NCBI RefSeq assembly: GCF_009914755.1 | Contig: NC_060927.1 | Source: the human T2T-CHM13v2.0 reference genome, Homo sapiens | DNA: 64,000 nucleotides | Strand: one strand, 5' to 3' | In this document: in pieces, positions 1-9,894 of the stretch | Position numbering within the stretch: position 1 is the first letter of the stretch | Layout: each line of letters begins with the position of its first letter | Notes under the pieces: model-generated | The model's input: only the letters and a program-made list of their open reading frames with translations | Told to the model about the DNA's origin: nothing | Databases searched by the model: none | Program-made: the position numbers and the translations under genes

Positions 1-39
1 TAATACATACATATTGAGAGCTTCTGTGTGTCCCACACT

Positions 40-200
40 GTGCAAAGCCCTTTATGGAGACTATCTGATGATGGAGAATATCTCTCAATAATCAGTAGAT
101 TACCATAGGCTGGGGCTCAGAGAAGTCCCACACCTTGCCTAAGGTCACACAGCTGGCAGGTGTCAGGACAGAGAGAGAATGTGTACATTCAGGTGTGTTC
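40..200. mobile_element. MIR fragment
   Basis: MIR core-like 'ccttgcctaaggtcacacagctggcagg'; boundaries approximate. Confidence 0.6.
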
Positions 201-802
201 ATGCTATGCTCCCAGCATTCACATGGAGTTGGTTAAAAAATGATCTTTCCTTTGATGTTTCCTAAGACTTCATTTAAAACTTCAGATTTTTTTTTCTTTT
301 TCTGAGAGGGTGTAAAGGATATTTTCACTGTAAAAGTCCCCTTTGCTTTACTGGTTTCATTAAGTAGCTGGGCATTTATTCTATTGGCTTATTAAAGCCT
401 TGCAAGTGTACATTTTTAAATGTTCTGAGATTTGAAATTGACATGGTGCAGTTGTTCAAGAGATTGTGAACTTGGCATAGCGTTAGTCATCAAAGAAGTT
501 TTGACTTTGGCATGGTGATAGTCTTCCAAAATATTTCCTTTTAAGATCCTCACTTATTCTAAAAAGACTTAAAATCAACTAACACATGGGGCCTGTTTCT
601 GAAATTTATGTTGCTACAATATAATCTTCAAGTTAGTCCTTTAGGGCTAAGACCTGTTACACCCCTTAATTAAATTATCTTGTTTTATTATGTACAGCAA
701 TGAAAGTAGGGACTCGGTGACCCACTCAGTGAGCATGCTTAATTGGTTTTTTCATCCTCATCATGGTTCTTATCACCAGCTGGACTGTTCTGACTTACAA
801 GA

Positions 803-1168
803 ATTTTTTTTTCTTTTTTTTCTTTTTTTTTTTTTTTGAGACGGAGTCTCGCTCTGTCGCCCAGGCTGGAGTGCAGTGGCGCAATCTTGGCTCACTGCAA
901 GCTCCGCCTCCTGGGTTCACGCCATTCTCCTACCTCAGCCTCCCCGAGTAGCTGGGACTACAGGCACCCGCCACTCTCCTACCTCAGCCTCCCGAGTAGC
1001 TGGGACTACAGGCACCCGCCACTATGCCCGGCTAATTTTTTGTATTTTTGGTAGAGACGGGGTTTCACCGCGTTAGCCAGGATGGTCGCGATCTCCTGAC
1101 CTCGTGATCCACCCGCCTCGGCCTCCCAAAGTGCTGTGATTACAGGCGTGAGCCGCCGCACCGAGCCC
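803..1168 (-). mobile_element. AluY with internal 48-49 bp tandem duplication
   Basis: Poly-T then Alu reverse complement with Y-type 'gcaagctccgcc', 'ttcacgccattc', 'gttagccaggatggt'; TSD caagaattttt at 798-808 and 1169-1179. Confidence 0.95.
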
Positions 1169-1969
1169 CAAGAATTTTTAATAGCCATCATGCTGCCTAG
1201 ACTCGTCATGGCAAACCCCTTCTTCTTTTTCTTCATTCGCCAATCACACATGGCTTTGCCAATATCATCTGGGCTAAACTAATGAGGTCAGGAATTGTGC
1301 AGTGCCTTTCATTTCTATTTTAAAAGACATGAAGGAGTCATTTGGCCTCTTTGTGCTGAGTTAGTAGAGCAAAACTGGGTCCACTCAATTACATTTTAAG
1401 TCCATTGTAATTGAGCTGGCTTCATGAGAGAGCTGGCCTCATGAGAAAGCTGGCCATGGGCACTCACCCATCTGAGTGATTTGAAGTGACCTCAGAGAGT
1501 TCACTTGCTCCAAGGCTTTAAATTCCCATCATTCAAGCTGGACCACATGCAATGTTCTTTTAAAATCCCAATATCCTCCCAGAGGGAGTACATTTTCTGC
1601 CTTCATAGTGTTCACCTCTTGTCTTTGTTATCCCAGTACCCTTCATACTTTGGCAAATGGCCTTCCTACCATACCCTGCTGTCCTGGTAAACATCTTAGG
1701 CATGGGTCCCCCTCCTCCCTGTCTCAGGGTGGGCATTTTACCCAGCCTGAGTCATTCATAGTGCATGCCCCTCCTCCTCCTCACCCCCACAACAAATGAT
1801 TGGTTTAGACATGGGCTTTGAGAGGGACGGAGAAGGAAGTCAATGACCTGGCCTACTGGAATTGAGAAGCTTTCTCTAAATCCATAGATGAGTAGCCCAA
1901 ATGCAAAAGAGGGGACACAGGGTATGGCAGATACTATAACATACTACTTACTAAACTCATTTTTTCTTC

Positions 1970-2780
1970 TTCCTGGTTTCATTTTCCAGATCCCATCGCT
2001 CCCATAGGGAGCCATATGACTGACTTCTGTTTAATGAAGAGTGAGTGAAAATGACGTGCCCCACTTCCAGTACAGCCCTCAAATTCCCAATTGTATTAGT
2101 TTACTTGGGCTGCCATAACAAGATACCACAGACTAGGGGACTTGAACAACAGAAACTTATTTCTTCACAGTCTGGAGGCTAGACGTCCAAGATCAAGGTG
2201 TCGGCAGATTCAGTTTCTCCTGAGGCCTCTCTCCTTTGGCTTGCAGATGGCCACCTTCTTGCTGTGTCCTCACATGGTCTTTTCTCTGTGCACATGTAAC
2301 CCTGCTACCTCTATGCATGTCCCATTTTCTTCTTCTTCTAAGGATGTCAGTCATATTGGATTAGGGCCCTCCTGAACAAGCTAATTTTAACTTAATTTTC
2401 TCTTTAAAGACCTAACCTCTAAACACAGTCATAGTCTGAGAGACCAGGATTTGGGCCTACAACATAGAATTGAGGGGGTGGCCAAAATTTTGCCTCTAAT
2501 ACTATTCGTGATTCTCCAGGCTCTCTCCATTTCTACCATCTGGATATCAACACACAAGTGGAACTGGAAGCTGTGAGTTGAAGATGGCCAACCTTCCATC
2601 ATCCAGGCCCCCATAACACCCATGTCAGAACAGAGACTCCTGTTAACCTGGACCTTCCTTGGACTGTTTATATGAGCAAAAATAAACTCCCATATGAGTA
2701 AGAAAAAAACTCCTGTATGTTTTAGCATTTATACATTTTTGGGTCTATGTGTTAAAGCAGTTAGTTGACTCCAACTAATA
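1970..2780. mobile_element. Old MLT1 (MaLR) LTR split by a younger MLT1 LTR
   Basis: MLT1-like segments at ~1970-2090 and ~2505-2780, ending 'ccaactaatataca', flank the 2092-2501 LTR. Confidence 0.55.
2092..2501 (-). mobile_element. MLT1A/B-type MaLR solo LTR
   Basis: 'tgtattagtttacttgggctgccataacaagataccacagactagg...cacagtctggaggctag' is a typical MLT1 terminus. Confidence 0.85.
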
Positions 2781-2905
2781 TACAGGGCAAAGCATTTTTT
2801 GACATTTTGCCAAAAGTCAGCCTGGGTGGAATGATTATTTATGTTGAGGATTCTGAGAGTTCCCACAACACTTTATCACTTCTAGTGTTATCACATGGTT
2901 TACAT

Positions 2906-3051
2906 CAGTGTTTCTCAAAGTGTTGTAAAAGTATGGATTCCTGAGCCTCAACCCACATCTGCTAATCAAAATTTCAGTGCCTTTTGGGGGCCCTGCATTT
3001 TTAATAAGCCTATATGTCACTCAGATGCACATTAAACTTTAAGAAGCATTG
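2906..3051. mobile_element. MER5A-type hAT-Charlie MITE
   Basis: 'cagtgtttctcaaagtg ... ctgcatttttaataagc ... actttaagaagcattg' terminal motifs. Confidence 0.75.
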
Positions 3052-4212
3052 GCTTACACTGTGGATCCCGTTCTAAATTTAAATGAACATTGAATGGGTA
3101 TAGCAAAGCTTCTCCTGCCCAAACGTGGTTAGCCGTTGAGATAAGTGTTTAGATTTTCTCCACAAATTACAGAACATGTTCATTCATTTTTGTTTCCTCT
3201 CTATTTTAGATAAGCCAAATAACTCATTTTTCCCCTTAATCATCACTATTTTATGATGATTTACCACCAAATTGAGGTCTCAGGTAGAGTCACCATTTTT
3301 TTTATCATGATGTATTTTAGTAACTTTCAATTAAAACTAGATTTGCAATTGACACAGAAGTTCACCCAGGGAGTACCACAGGGCAAGAACCTGGAATTCT
3401 TCCTTGTGTCTTCATTTCAAACTGTGAGCAGGGTTGCTTAGTTCTCAGTGTTAACAATTTCAGATCCAGGCTGAGGAAGAGCAGTCAATTACCCTGAAAA
3501 ATACTCCTCCTCCATTTTATACCTGAGTCTTGGGCTGGCATTTTCCAACATGTGACAGTAACTCCTTAGGGTTTTAATTACTAACAAATAAAATGGTTAT
3601 ATGGTCAAAGTAATTGAAAAATACAATATACAGTTTAACAGATTTCTTTATCTAATGATTATGATCTGAACCTCCAAGGGTACAACACAATGTCCAAATT
3701 TTCCAGACTTGCCACAAAGAGTTTGTGTGTGCATATGTTTGTATATCTGGATGTCTGCATAACTATTTAAAATATCACTATTCTTCAGTACACAAATATC
3801 CATCTAAAAGTCACTAATAATTTTTATTTGAGATAATATCATGGCTGTTTTTTTCAATGGACATAGTTACTTCTGAATTTTTTCTAACATTAGAACCATT
3901 ATTAATGTATAATCATCCTTTAAGTCCTGTGATAATTTCAGCCATCTCTCAAAAGTATTTTACCCTCTGCTGAGAAATTAATATTTCATCTGTGGTGATA
4001 TTACACTAAAGTTAATATAAAGTTATGAAAACTGAAAAACTACTATATTTGCTAGTATTAGTATCATTATTGTGTTTGTTGTTTTTGTTTTAATTATTAT
4101 TATTTATAACATCATTATTCCTATCTCTACACCTCTTTTACATGTTGGATTCTGAACATTTTTCTTTCTGGGGAAGTTGAAGTTAAAAAAAATTAAAAAC
4201 AAAACAAAACAA

Positions 4213-4318
4213 AAGAAGGAAGGAGAAAGGAAGGAAGGAAAGACAGAGGGAGGGAAGGAGGGAGGGAGGGAAGGAAGGAGGAAGAGAGGAAGGAAGGGAG
4301 GAAGGGAGGGAGGGAGGA
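4213..4318. repeat. (GGAA/GGGA)n purine-rich low-complexity tract
   Basis: Directly visible. Confidence 0.95.
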
Positions 4319-4639
4319 CATATTGCTACAAAAACCGCAGAGCTTCACAGAGTCCTTGGTATCTCATGAGTATAAAGGTGGTTGTGAACAGCAATAAAAG
4401 CTACTTTAACTGAAGCAATACTGGCAAATTACAAAGTTGGGTGGATGGCAAACACCAGCACACTTGTCTTCATTCTGTCCTCTTGTGCCATAGCAGGAAA
4501 GAACAATCAATCCAGGACAGCTCTAGTGTACTTGGCCTCAAAATGACTGTGAATGCAGTGCTCCAGGAAGCCACTACAGAACAGTCAGAATTAGGGCTCC
4601 AGCTGACCTCTATTACTGAGTAGTTGTAATTTCCAGGAG

Positions 4640-4980
4640 TCTACCAGAATCTGGACTCAGAATACCTTAAGTTGAAGCCTATTTGACACTGGCAAATGAA
4701 GTAACTTCCCTAAGCCTGAATTGCCCATCTAACAAAAAGGAATGTTAACAGCTTATATATTATAGGTTGTTGTGAGGTTAAAACGTGAACTAGTTCTTGT
4801 AATGCACATAATGCAAAGCCTGACAATAATCATTGTTTAACAATTTCCATTCATTGTTTACTGTATCAGATATACCACCCTCCCCATTTTACAAAAGGCT
4901 AAAACAGACCCAGAGAGTGTCTTAAACCATGCCAAACTAATGAAGTCTAAATTCCTGATTTCCACTTCAGTTTTTTCTCC
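4640..4980. mobile_element. MIR fragments
   Basis: 'aagtaacttccctaagcctg', 'ggttgttgtgaggttaaa', 'ccccattttacaaa'. Confidence 0.6.
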
Positions 4981-5450
4981 TCCATATTCATTCGGTAGAA
5001 AGTCTGTTTTACACTTATTTATCTATTTAGAAGTGTATTTGTTGTCTTACTTTGTCATAACTATTTGGATAATTCCAAAAAGATTTAAAATAGCTTTCAA
5101 ATGGAAGACTGGCGAGGCACATTGTGCTCTGGGAGGGGTTCCAACTCTCCTGCCCAATTCTCCTGGAGGGCAGTGGTTATCACTGAAGAGCCGGCTGAAG
5201 TGAGAGGCCACCAAGCAGAGCACAGCCTGTTTCATTTTAATAGCAGCCTCACTTTACTTCTTACTGACAATGCCCTCCTTTACATTAGCTATAACCTCAG
5301 ATGGCTGCCTTAACAAAAGGAAGTAACACGGTCTAATTGTTCTGGATTTATCTGTAACAACTCCCTCTTGAGTAAGGAGCATTCTTTCGGTATTCCTGCT
5401 GCATGTGATTCCTGGCCTTTTTCCAGTATATTTAGTCATTCCCTCATTGT

Positions 5451-5735
5451 AAGGAAAGAAAATAAAGGAAGAAGAAAAGAAAAGAAAGAAAGAGGGAGAA
5501 AGAGAAAGAAACAGAGAGAAAGAAAGAAAGAGAGGAGAAAAAGAAAAAAGGAAGAGAAAGAAAGAAAGAAAGAAAGAAGAAAGAGAAAAAGAAAGAGGGA
5601 CGGAGGGGGAGATGAAAGTAAGAAGAAAGAGACAGAAAGAAAGAAAAAGATAAAGAGAGAAAAAGAGAGAAAGAGGGAAGAAAAGAGAGGGAGGGAGGGA
5701 GGAAGAAAGGAAGAGAAGGGGGAAAAAGAGGAAAT
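5451..5735. repeat. GA-rich low-complexity tract
   Basis: Directly visible; source of the spurious ORFs 5368-5754 and 5436-5744. Confidence 0.95.
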
Positions 5736-6131
5736 GATAGTCACATGGTCATAATCAACCCCTACCTTGCTTCTACAAATGCTATATCTGATAATTCATA
5801 AATGCCACTGCACATGTGGGTAAAGATGTTGATTGAATAATCACTACACAAATTTAATCAGTCTGTTTTTCATGGGGAAAACTTGGGCACAATGTAAATC
5901 AAGTTGTTGTTTGTTGTTTTAATATGTCTATTTCCCATATAATGAGCAGAAATCTTCCCTGAAACCATGATCCTACCTTTCCCATGGTACCTGGGTCCCT
6001 GTGAATTCTACATCTCTTCATCCTCCACACTGACAAACGCTTGGACTTAAGCCTTCAAAAATGCCAGTAACTGTATGACTAGTAAACCAGACACAGAAAA
6101 GTACTACAACCCATGATAAATACAAAGCCCC

Positions 6132-6323
6132 TCATGAGAGACTGTCATTTGGGATATTCACAAAACTGTTCCACTCAGCAGCAACGTTGAGAAGCCAGAC
6201 AACATCGCCTGTGTTCAGCACGTCCATCGCCACTGCGGCCAAGCCGATGGAAACCAGCTGGAAAGTTGTCAGCCATTTTAAACACTCAGCTAGAGTCACT
6301 GTCGTGCTACCAACTGTGACCGT
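6132..6323 (-). CDS. Candidate terminal exon of an unidentified minus-strand transcript (63 codons + TGA)
   Basis: Minus-strand acceptor tttattctttcgtgcctctttgtacttacgtgatttttccag| with a CTTAC branch point; phase-0 frame TVTVGSTTVTLAECLKWLTTFQLVSIGLAAVAMDVLNTGDVVWLLNVAAEWNSFVNIPNDSLS*; 10 CpG in ~175 bp; ATTAAA at 5923-5918 and 5858-5853. Peptide not recognised. Confidence 0.4.
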   Translation of the reverse strand, partial: TVTVGSTTVTLAECLKWLTTFQLVSIGLAAVAMDVLNTGDVVWLLNVAAEWNSFVNIPNDSLS

Positions 6324-6716
6324 CTGGAAAAATCACGTAAGTACAAAGAGGCACGAAAGAATAAATTCTGAACTCCACTTTTAAAGAACACAGGGAAAGC
6401 TGCACAATGGCAGGCAGCATTTAACTCTTTAGGCCCTGAGACTTCCATTGCTGGCCATGGTGGAGTGGCCCACCACAGACCAGCTCTCTTACTCATTACA
6501 GCTAAACATTCCGGACAAAATACAAACGCAAATTCCTGAAGGCTCCAAAAGTGATGTGCCAGGAGCAACCACAAAATAAAAATTCCTGGGGAAACCTGTC
6601 TTTCTGGCCATAGACCTGGGGAAAGAGACCCCTGAGGTCCAAAGAGTAGGGGAGAAAATCCCTATTTTGTTCTTCCTTTTTTCTCCTCCAGCTTTGCCTA
6701 AAGGCGGAGTGTAGCT

Positions 6717-6779
6717 GGCAGCAGGGGCAGCAGGGGCAGCAGGGGCAGCAGGCGCAGCAGGGGCAGCAGGGGCAGCAGG
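6717..6779 (+). repeat. 9-bp tandem repeat (GGCAGCAGG)x7
   Basis: Seven copies, one variant (cgcagcagg). Confidence 0.95.
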
Positions 6780-7133
6780 CAGTTAAACCCCCAAGAAAAA
6801 TCCCGTCCTTCTATTAGAGGACTGCAAAAGAGGGCCCTGTGGGCTGCAGACTGTGAAGTGAATCCTGGAGGGAAAAGAGCTGAAGATGAAAATTTCATAA
6901 GTTCATGTATGAGCTTGCAAAATGATCAGTCTCATCCCTAAGCTGTGCATGTGTACAATAGATCTAAAGACTTGAAAACTTAATGGACACTGAGACAACT
7001 ACCACCAAAGGTAAGACAGACTTGTGGTAGGAACCTAACCAGGTTGACTGCTAAGAAAAAAAAAAAATTCAATATTCTCTACAGGATTTTAGCAGGACCA
7101 AGAGTCTAAACTACACAATGTTCAAAATATTCA

Positions 7134-7415
7134 GGCCTGGTGAGGTGGCTCATGCCTGTAATCCCAGCACTTTGGGAGGCTGACGTAGGCAAATGACTTG
7201 AGCCAAGAATTCCAGACCAGCTTGGTCAACATAGTGAGATCCTGTCTCTATAAAAAAATTAGCTGAGTGTGATGGGACATGCCTGCAGTCCCAGCTACTC
7301 AGGAGGCTAATGTGGGAGGATCAATTGAGCCCAGGAAGTTGAGGCTGCACTGAGGCATGATTGTGTCACTGTACTCCAGCCTGGGCAACAGAGCAAGACC
7401 CTCTCTCAAAAAAAA
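7134..7415 (+). mobile_element. AluJ-type element (short linker)
   Basis: 'ttgagcccaggaagttgaggctgca', 'gcaagaccctctctc' plus poly-A. Confidence 0.9.
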
Positions 7416-7802
7416 TTTAGAATCCTTGACATATAAAAAATAGGAAAGTGTAACCAATTTTGAAAGGAAAAGATGATCAATAGATGCCAACCCCAAGATT
7501 ACTCAGATATTGACAATATCAGACAAAGACTTTAAAGCAACTATTATAACTATGCTCCTAAGATAAAGATTGATACATTTCAAATAAATGGAAAGATCGA
7601 TCTCAGAAGAGAAATAAAAAGAAAATATACAAATTTTTAAAAATTGTTGGATATCTCAATAGCAGAATGGAAATGGTCATGAAGTCATGAAACTTGAAGA
7701 CAGATCAACAGAAATCATCCAATCCAAAAAATAAAAGTGGAGAAAAAAATTAACAAAACATAAATAGAGCCTCAGAAACCTGTAGAACAATATCAAAATA
7801 TA

Positions 7803-8101
7803 TTTTTTCTTTAATGAGATGGGGTCTCCCTCTGTCACCTAGAGTGCAGTGCATAATTACGTCTTACTGAAGTTTCAACCTCCTGGACTCAAGCTATCCT
7901 CCCATTTCAGCTATCAAAGTGGCTGGGACCACAGGTGTGCACCACCACATCCAGTTAATTGCTTTTTAAAATTTTTTGTAAAGATGGTGTCTCACTATAT
8001 TGCCCAGGCTGGTCTCATCTCAAACTCCTGGGCTCAAGTGATCCTCCTGCCTCAGCCTCCCAAAGTACTGAGATTACAGGTATAATACACCACACCTGCC
8101 C
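7803..8101 (-). mobile_element. AluJ-type element
   Basis: Alu reverse complement; TSD caaaatat at 7794-7801 and 8102-8109. Confidence 0.9.
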
Positions 8102-8938
8102 CAAAATATCGAACATTTGTGTCATTGGAATCACAGAAGAAGAAAAAGAGTGCAGTGCTGAAAAAATATTTGAAGAAAAAATAATAACTGAAACTTCTGA
8201 AATTTGGTAATAGACATAAATATACAACTCAAAAAGTAGAGCCAACTTCAAACAGGAGAAACAAACAAACAAACAAAAAAACCCACCTGCAGCTACATCC
8301 AAATCAAACTGCTAAAAACAAAAGGTCAAACAAACAAATAACAAACAAAAATAGGCTTCAAAGCAGTTACAGAAAAATGACGTTACACAGAAGAAAACAA
8401 TGACTGAAATGACTGTGTACCTCTCTCAGAAATCACTGAAGACAGAAAACAATGGAACAATTTTTTTAAATCCTGACATAAAGAAACTGTCAACTGAGAA
8501 TTCTACAGCCAGCAAAAATATGCTTCAGGACTGAAGATGAAACATGATAAAGGCAAATTCAGAGAATTTATCAATGGCAGACCTACTCTAAAAAAATGAT
8601 GTTAAAAAGTTGCTCAGACTAAAGAGAAATGCAGAAATTCAGAAACGAAGGACATTCAACAGCAACTGCAAATATCTTGGAAATATAATGGACTATTTTT
8701 CTCCTTTTAGGGCCTTCAAACTACGTATGATTGCTAAATGTAAAAATGATAATGTTGTCTTGGGAGGGGGTTTCAATGTACATATATAATACATTTGACA
8801 AATAGGAAAGTGAGGATAATTATAAGGTTGTGAGGTTTCTCAATTTACTTGAAGTAGTAAAATATTAACTCTAAGTAGACTATGAAAGGTTAGGTACCTG
8901 TATAGTAATCTCTAAAATAATCACTAAAAATGCAAAGA

Positions 8939-9245
8939 GGCTGGGTACAGTGACTCACACCTATAATCCCAGAACTTTGGAAGTCTGAGGTGGGAGGATG
9001 ACTTGAACCCAGGAGTCTGAGATCAGCTTGGGCAACATAGCAAGACCCCATTTCTAAAAAATTATAAAAAACTAACCAGGTATGATGCTATGTGCCTGTA
9101 GCCTCAGCTACCTGAGAGGCTGAGGCAGTAGGATCCCTTGACCCCAGGAATTTGAGGCTGCAGTGAGCTAGGATTGCACCACTGAACTCCAGTCTGAGTG
9201 GCAGAGTGACACCCCATTTCTTTAAAAACTAAAATAAAACAAATA
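8939..9245 (+). mobile_element. AluJ-type element
   Basis: Diverged Alu dimer with 'gggcaacatagcaagacc' and 'gaggctgcagtgagct'. Confidence 0.9.
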
Positions 9246-9302
9246 GATATAGTCAAAAGTCAATAGATAAATTAAAGTAGAATATTAAAAATATTAAAAT
9301 AA

Positions 9303-9590
9303 GGTAGCTGCAGTGGTTCACACTTGTAATCCCAGTACTTTGGGAGGCCAAGACAGGAAGGTTGTTTGAAGCCAGGAGTTCAAGACCAGCCTAGGCAACA
9401 TGACAAGACCCCTCTCTACAAAAAAAAAAAAAAATTTAATTAGCCAGGCAGGGTGGCACAATGCTGGAGTCCTAGCTACTTAGGAGGCTAAGGTGGGAGA
9501 ACTGGTCAAGCCCAGAAGTGTAAGACTACAGTGAGTTGTGATGGTGCCACTGTACTTCAGACTGGGTGACAGAGCAAGATCTGAACTTCG
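9303..9590 (+). mobile_element. AluJ-type element
   Basis: Diverged Alu dimer; tail replaced by a purine repeat. Confidence 0.88.
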
Positions 9591-9746
9591 AAGGAAAGAA
9601 GAGGGGAGGGGAAGGAAGGGGAGGGGAGGGGAGAGAAGGGGAGGGGAAGGGAAGGGAAGGGAGGGAAGGGGAGGGGAGGGGAGGGAAGGGGAGGGGAAGG
9701 GAAGGGAAGGGAGGGAAGGGGAGGGGAGAGGAGGGAAGGGCAGGAA
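9590..9746. repeat. (GGGAA/GGGGA)n polypurine repeat
   Basis: Directly visible. Confidence 0.95.
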
Positions 9747-9894
9747 ATCCAAATAATCTAAAATAAGTCTCAAAGGGGAGAAAGAGGAACAAAATTAAAG
9801 GAGGCAGGGGAAAACACATAATAAAATGGTAAACCTAAATAAAATCATATCAAGGATTATAATAGTCTAAACATATCAATTAAAAGACAGAACC

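Noticed and set aside
763-1251. Short ORFs as genes (also 23604-23910, 32184-32643, 55742-56056, 61984-62254)
   Set aside because: These are standard translations of Alu sequence.
5368-5754. Lys/Glu/Arg-rich 128-aa ORF and similar ORFs (4177, 9480-9819, 54060-54367)
   Set aside because: Stop-free frames produced by purine low-complexity tracts.
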